Assembly: GCA_947448795.1 (NCBI GenBank)
Contig: CANFOZ010000002.1
Location: 29,642 to 93,641, forward strand
From: Bacteroidota bacterium
Lineage (GTDB): Bacteria > Bacteroidota > Bacteroidia > AKYH767-A > JAHEYN01
Direction of reading: 5' to 3'
Length of the DNA: 64,000 bases
Shown here: positions 59,330 to 64,000 of the stretch, piece by piece
How positions within the stretch are numbered: the first letter of the stretch is position 1
Layout of the letters: each line of letters starts with the position of its first letter
Translations under genes and position numbers: made by a program
Notes under the pieces: model-generated
Seen by the model: the letters and a program-made list of their open reading frames with translations, nothing else
Databases searched by the model: none
What the model was told of the DNA's origin: nothing

Positions 59330-61438
59330 GTGTCGAGTCCGTTTTTTGAAACAAAAATCGAATTCCTGAAGGGGGTAGGTCCTCAACGGGCGGAATTGCT
59401 GCGCAGTGAGTTGGGCATTTATCGGGTGGAGGATCTTTTGCAGCATTACCCTTTTCGTTATGTCGACCGAACCCGGTTTTACAAAGTAAATGAGATTAAC
59501 GCAGACCTGCCTTACATTCAAATTCGCGGGAAATTAATTGAACTAAAAGAGCTCGGTGAGGCCCGCAGCAGGCGTTTAGTAGGACGTTTTCGCGATGAGA
59601 CTGGCGAACTTGAGTTGGTTTGGTTTGCCGGGCTTCGTTGGGTAAAAACAGCAATTCGAACAAATGTTGATTATGTCTTGTTCGGTCGTCCTAACTTGTT
59701 TAACAAGCGGTATAACATTGTCCATCCTGAGTTAGAGCCGGTATCAGACGAAAACACCTTGCGCACGTCAGCGCTGCAAGCGGTTTATCCGAGCAGCGAG
59801 AAGTTGAATGCAAGATCTTTAGACAGCAAAGGTTTAGGGCGCCTTATCAAAACGGCTATTGCACAGATGCCAGATCAAGTGTCTGAGACTTTGTCTGTTG
59901 AGCTGGTGCATGCGATGAAGTTGCTGCCGCGCAGAGAGGCCATTGTGCAGATTCACGCACCGTCTGACCCCGAGCTGTTGCGCAGGGCTGAATTTAGACT
60001 CAAGTTTGAGGAACTTTTTTATATTCAATTGCGCATGCAGCGTTTGAAGAAGGATCGCAACGCCCGCTACCAAGGGCCACCTTTTTCGACCATCGGATCG
60101 AACTTCAATAGTTTTTACAAGGAGCATATTCCTTTCGAGTTAACGGGCGCTCAGAAGCGTGTTATTCGAGAGATTCGGCAAGATGTTGCCAAAGGTTCGC
60201 AAATGAACCGTCTTTTGCAAGGCGATGTTGGCAGCGGCAAAACCCTCGTGGCGCTTATGTCTATGCTCATGGCAATCGATAATGGGTATCAGGCTGCGCT
60301 GATGGCTCCGACGGAGATTTTGGCTACCCAGCATTATCAAAACATTAGTCGCATGCTCGCTAAAATGCCTTTGAAGGTGGCCTTGCTTACCGGTTCCACG
60401 CGTACGGTGGCAAGGCGCGAGATTGCTGAGCAGCTGCAATCTGGAGAGCTACATATTCTCATCGGTACCCATGCCCTGATTGAGAAAGGAGTGCAGTTTA
60501 GTAAATTGGGATTGGTTGTAATAGACGAGCAGCACCGCTTTGGCGTGGAGCAGCGTTCTAAGTTATGGGCGAAAGGGGATGTTTTTTTGCCTCATATTTT
60601 AATTATGACAGCCACTCCGATACCAAGGACCTTGGCCATGACCTTATATGGTGATTTAGAGACCTCCATCATCGACGAGTTACCGCCAGGACGAACGCCC
60701 ATTAAAACCTTTCATTATTTCGATTCGGCGAAGCCGCGCATTTATCAGTTTATGCGTGAAGAAATAGCGTTGGGCCGGCAGGTGTATCTCGTTTATCCGC
60801 TCATCGAAGAATCGGAGACTTTGGATCTTAAAAATTTGCAAGAAGGCTATGAGCAGATCGTTCGCGAGTTTCCAGACCCAAAATACAAGGTGAGTATGGT
60901 TCATGGCCGCATGAAGGCGAAGGAAAAGGAGCATGAGATGCGGCGTTTTAAGGATCACGAGACCCATATCATGGTGGCGACTACGGTTATTGAAGTGGGT
61001 GTTGATGTACCTAATGCAAGCGTGATGATTATCGAGAGTGCCGAGCGTTTCGGTCTGTCTCAATTGCATCAGTTGCGCGGTCGTGTAGGTCGTGGAGCAG
61101 AGAAATCATATTGCATTTTGGTAAGCGGAGATAAGTTGTCGACCGATTCTCGTTTGCGTTTGGATACGATGGTTCGGAGCACCGATGGTTTCGAAATAGC
61201 CGATGTGGATCTGCGCTTGCGAGGGCATGGTGATTTGGAGGGCAAGCAACAGAGTGGACAAGTGAATCTTCGACTGGCCAACCTAGCCAAAGACGGTCAG
61301 CTTGTTCAGCTGGCGCGACAAGCGGTTCTTGCGCTCTTGGAACAAGATCCGAAGCTGGAGGCACACAACCATCACATGTATGTTGATCGCTTGCGAGACC
61401 TGAATGCACAGTCGGGTAATTGGAGCCGTATTAGTTAA
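59330..61438 (+). CDS. recG: ATP-dependent DNA helicase RecG.
   Basis: Wedge domain, helicase motifs (GDVGSGKT, DEQHRFG, TATPIPRT), and the TRG motif region. Confidence 0.9.
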   Translation: MSSPFFETKIEFLKGVGPQRAELLRSELGIYRVEDLLQHYPFRYVDRTRFYKVNEINADLPYIQIRGKLIELKELGEARSRRLVGRFRDETGELELVWFAGLRWVKTAIRTNVDYVLFGRPNLFNKRYNIVHPELEPVSDENTLRTSALQAVYPSSEKLNARSLDSKGLGRLIKTAIAQMPDQVSETLSVELVHAMKLLPRREAIVQIHAPSDPELLRRAEFRLKFEELFYIQLRMQRLKKDRNARYQGPPFSTIGSNFNSFYKEHIPFELTGAQKRVIREIRQDVAKGSQMNRLLQGDVGSGKTLVALMSMLMAIDNGYQAALMAPTEILATQHYQNISRMLAKMPLKVALLTGSTRTVARREIAEQLQSGELHILIGTHALIEKGVQFSKLGLVVIDEQHRFGVEQRSKLWAKGDVFLPHILIMTATPIPRTLAMTLYGDLETSIIDELPPGRTPIKTFHYFDSAKPRIYQFMREEIALGRQVYLVYPLIEESETLDLKNLQEGYEQIVREFPDPKYKVSMVHGRMKAKEKEHEMRRFKDHETHIMVATTVIEVGVDVPNASVMIIESAERFGLSQLHQLRGRVGRGAEKSYCILVSGDKLSTDSRLRLDTMVRSTDGFEIADVDLRLRGHGDLEGKQQSGQVNLRLANLAKDGQLVQLARQAVLALLEQDPKLEAHNHHMYVDRLRDLNAQSGNWSRIS

Positions 61439-61450
61439 TGCATCAATTGT

Positions 61451-62026
61451 ATGAAGAAACTTGTTTTTGCAACCAATAACAATCATAAATTAGTGGAGGC
61501 GCGCGCACTGCTTCCGCAATACCAAATTCTTAGTCTGGCCGATATCGGTTGTTTTGAGGAATTGCCCGAAGATCAGGATACATTAGCCGGCAATGCCCAG
61601 CAGAAGGCGGAGTATGTTTTTCGGAAATTTGGAGTCGACTGTTTTGCCGACGATACTGGGCTGGAGGTAGACGCGCTTGGCGGTAGGCCAGGCGTTTACT
61701 CGGCGCGATACGCTGGTCCCCTGCGCAGTGCATCCGACAACATGAATAAGCTGCTTGAAGAGCTTCGTGGGCATACTGACCGAAAAGCAGCGTTCAAGAC
61801 GGTGATCGCACTTTATCTTGGTGGTGCATTAACCTGTTTTGAAGGTGCTGTTCAAGGCCAGATAACAGATAGTTTGAAAGGCGCTTCAGGGTTTGGTTAC
61901 GATCCCGTTTTTCAGCCCTTGGGTTATCAACACACCTTCGGGCAAATGACGGAGGTGGAGAAGAATCGTCTAAGCCATAGGGGGCGTGCTCTTGAGAAGA
62001 TGGCGTTCTTCTTTTCAGAGGCTTAA
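61451..62026 (+). CDS. rdgB: RdgB/HAM1-family non-canonical purine NTP pyrophosphatase.
   Basis: ATNNNHKLVE, FADDTGLEV and GFGYDPVF motifs. Confidence 0.9.
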   Translation: MKKLVFATNNNHKLVEARALLPQYQILSLADIGCFEELPEDQDTLAGNAQQKAEYVFRKFGVDCFADDTGLEVDALGGRPGVYSARYAGPLRSASDNMNKLLEELRGHTDRKAAFKTVIALYLGGALTCFEGAVQGQITDSLKGASGFGYDPVFQPLGYQHTFGQMTEVEKNRLSHRGRALEKMAFFFSEA

Positions 62027-62106
62027 AATGCATGGTTAAAAAGGGTGTATAAATCCTTTTTCCTTGTTTCTTTTTCAGGGCTTATTATTGATTAACTTTG
62101 CCTGTG

Positions 62107-64000
62107 ATGAAGCTACGAATTGGAATATTTTTTGGAGGAACTTCCCGCGAGCGGGAGATCTCCTTTGCAGGCGGCCGGACAGTTTATGACAATCTCAATA
62201 AATCGCTCTTTGAGCCCGTACCTGTTTTTGTTGATAGTTTTGGAAATTTCTGCCTTTTGCGTTGGGAATATATCTACAAAGGAAGTATTCGTGATTTTTA
62301 TCCTCCCGTAGATGCTATACCTCCTTCACCAAACGGTTTTCAGGTTTATGCCGAGGCCCTTGGAGACCTGCCTTCGGATCAACAGCAAGATTTGCTGTGC
62401 AAGATCGGAGAACCTTTGACCATCGAGCAATTGAAGCACAAAATCGACTTCGCTTTTTTGTGTTTGCATGGACCAGGTGGTGAAGATGGAAAGATACAAG
62501 GCCTTCTAGAATACCATCATATTCCATATTCCGGTTCGGGCATTCTGCCTTCTGCAATAGGCATCGACAAGGTGGTGCAGAAGGGTTTTATAAAGGCAGC
62601 TGGTTTTAGTAGCCCCGAGTACTTAGTTGTCAACCGCGACGAGTGGTTTGGAAGAAAAGACGCAGTTGCGCTGTTCGAACAAGCTAAGCAAACGGTAGGT
62701 TTTCCGATGGTTATTAAATCGGCCACACAAGGTTCTTCAATAGGCATACACATCTTGCGAGAAGCAGCCATAGATACCTTTGTGAATGCTATTGATGCTA
62801 GTTTTTTTACGCGTTCCTTGAAGGCACAGGATTGGAATCCCTTAACCAAAAATCAAAAAGTTGAGTTTCTACAGGGACTGTGCGACATACGCCACGGCCT
62901 TGGTATGCCTATGTTGGTGAACAAGCAATGCGTTTATCACCCAGAAGACCTTCTTAAACTACTTGATCAACAATTGAGCAAGGATGCAGAGGTCGTGTTG
63001 CAATCATTGGATACCGAAAGTCGAATTCTGATTGAGGGTTTTATCAAAGGAAAGGAGTTCTCTTGTATCGTTGTAGAAGACGAGCACCGACAGGTTATTG
63101 CCTTGCCTCCTACCGAAATCGTTAAGGGTGACGAGCTTTTCGACTATCGATCGAAGTATTTGCCAGGCCTTGCCCGTAAAGTAACACCTATTGAGATCGC
63201 CCCTGAAAATATTCGGGCCATTGCTCGCGTTTGTGAGCGTTTGTTTAAGGCGCTTGGATTTGATGTGTATGCACGTATCGATGGTTTTATTAGCGCCGAA
63301 GGGCAGATTTTTCTGAATGACCCCAACACTACCTCGGGGATGATGCCTTCGTCTTTTTTCTTTCATCAAGCCGCAGAAATAGGATTGAATCCTTCGCAGT
63401 TTTTAAGTTTCATAATACGGGCCTCGCTGATTAGTCGCATTCAAGATGCGAAGCACGATGGCCGGGTAGAGCCTTTGCTGGTTAAGTTAGATGCGCAGAT
63501 GTTAGAAGCGGGAAAGCACGGGGATAGCAAGAAAAAAGTGGCTGTTATTTTAGGTGGATATTCTTCGGAGCGACACATATCTGTGGAAAGTGGTCGCAAT
63601 GTGTATGAGAAACTAAGCTCTACTGAGAAATATGCTGCCACGCCCTATTTCCTTGCCCGTGAAGGCAAAGAATTAATTCTTTATACAATACCAATCAACA
63701 TATTGTTGAAGGACAATGCGGATGATATTCGCGAGAAATTGGTACATTTTCATACCCACGAAGTCATACGCGAGATTGTACAGCAGTGCGCTTCCATTAC
63801 GCAGCGTTTTTCTGGCCTTGATGAGCTTCCTGTTCCAAGAAAACTTTCTTTTGAAGATTTAGCCAAGGAGTCGGAAGTGGTGTTTATTGGTTTACACGGC
63901 CGTCCTGGTGAGGATGGTGAGGTGCAGCAGCATTTGGAGCGCGTGGGCTTGCCTTACAACGGTTCAGGTCCTGCATCCTCACAAATCACAATCGACAAGT
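62107..64000 (+). CDS. ddl: D-alanine--D-alanine ligase-family protein. A single ORF carries two tandem Ddl-like modules. The ORF is 3'-truncated by the window edge and is not in the supplied track.
   Basis: My manual translation from the ATG at 62107 gives an open frame to nt 64000 (>630 aa). Module 1 (~residues 1–440) contains IGIFFGGTSREREIS, LHGPGGEDG, EGFIKGKEF and RIDGFI. Module 2 starts near residue 480 with KKKVAVILGGYSSERHISVESG and LHGRPGEDGEVQQHLERVGLPYNGSG. Confidence 0.7.
   Translation, partial: MKLRIGIFFGGTSREREISFAGGRTVYDNLNKSLFEPVPVFVDSFGNFCLLRWEYIYKGSIRDFYPPVDAIPPSPNGFQVYAEALGDLPSDQQQDLLCKIGEPLTIEQLKHKIDFAFLCLHGPGGEDGKIQGLLEYHHIPYSGSGILPSAIGIDKVVQKGFIKAAGFSSPEYLVVNRDEWFGRKDAVALFEQAKQTVGFPMVIKSATQGSSIGIHILREAAIDTFVNAIDASFFTRSLKAQDWNPLTKNQKVEFLQGLCDIRHGLGMPMLVNKQCVYHPEDLLKLLDQQLSKDAEVVLQSLDTESRILIEGFIKGKEFSCIVVEDEHRQVIALPPTEIVKGDELFDYRSKYLPGLARKVTPIEIAPENIRAIARVCERLFKALGFDVYARIDGFISAEGQIFLNDPNTTSGMMPSSFFFHQAAEIGLNPSQFLSFIIRASLISRIQDAKHDGRVEPLLVKLDAQMLEAGKHGDSKKKVAVILGGYSSERHISVESGRNVYEKLSSTEKYAATPYFLAREGKELILYTIPINILLKDNADDIREKLVHFHTHEVIREIVQQCASITQRFSGLDELPVPRKLSFEDLAKESEVVFIGLHGRPGEDGEVQQHLERVGLPYNGSGPASSQITIDK

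Noticed and set aside
59834-61486. A cluster of minus-strand ORFs (97–129 aa) inside recG.
   Set aside because: They are antisense to recG. Arg/His-rich translations like these are typical of the reverse frame of a GC-rich helicase gene.
62120-62311. The listed 63-aa ORF at the ddl locus.
   Set aside because: It is out of frame with the much longer Ddl reading frame starting at 62107. That longer frame carries clear Ddl motifs.

Overview
The sequence looks like chromosomal DNA from a gliding member of the Bacteroidota. It carries T9SS/gliding markers (sprA at 2448 aa, gldE, gldD) and typical Bacteroidota gene fusions (maeB, a MurF–Alr fusion). About 55 coding regions fill nearly all of the window. 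I found no rRNA or tRNA genes, no CRISPR arrays and no IS elements or integrases.

The first ~11.5 kb is a surface-glycan biosynthesis locus (1..~11550). It contains a Capsule_synth-like fragment, a Wzy-like polymerase, two tandem GT2 paralogs, a GT4, a methyltransferase, a GT26, a GDP-mannose-3,5-epimerase-like enzyme, a CE4 deacetylase, an initiating sugar-phosphate transferase and an outer-membrane beta-barrel. The first half of the locus is visibly AT-richer than the rest of the window.

The remainder is mostly housekeeping:
- Cell wall and D-alanine: rodA, MurF–Alr fusion, ddl, dtd.
- Catabolism: deoC, aldehyde dehydrogenase (ALDH), gcvH, maeB, tryptophan 2,3-dioxygenase.
- DNA repair and replication: ruvA, mutY, ssb, recG, rdgB.
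- Translation and RNA: tgt, pheT, an RNase G/E-family nuclease, HU, rsmI.
- Envelope and energy: an LptF/LptG permease, ctaA, kdsB, tdk, atpDC.

Three observations stand out:
- A compact three-gene module at 35896..39111: a secreted Cys-rich HYC/CC/PP-motif mini-protein, a TonB-dependent receptor, and a secreted two-domain heavy-metal-associated (HMA) protein. It looks like an uncharacterised outer-membrane metal-handling system.
- A single reading frame from 62107 to the window edge that fuses two complete D-Ala–D-Ala-ligase-like modules.
- An unlisted 29-codon, highly basic gene at 40808..40897 that resembles ribosomal protein bS22.

Lesser points:
- A GT2–ECF-sigma–MarR trio with a 10-nt overlap between the first two genes.
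- A half-length ALDH paralog downstream of deoC and a full-length ALDH.
- A GDP-mannose-3,5-epimerase-like gene that implies an L-galactose or L-gulose sugar in the glycan.
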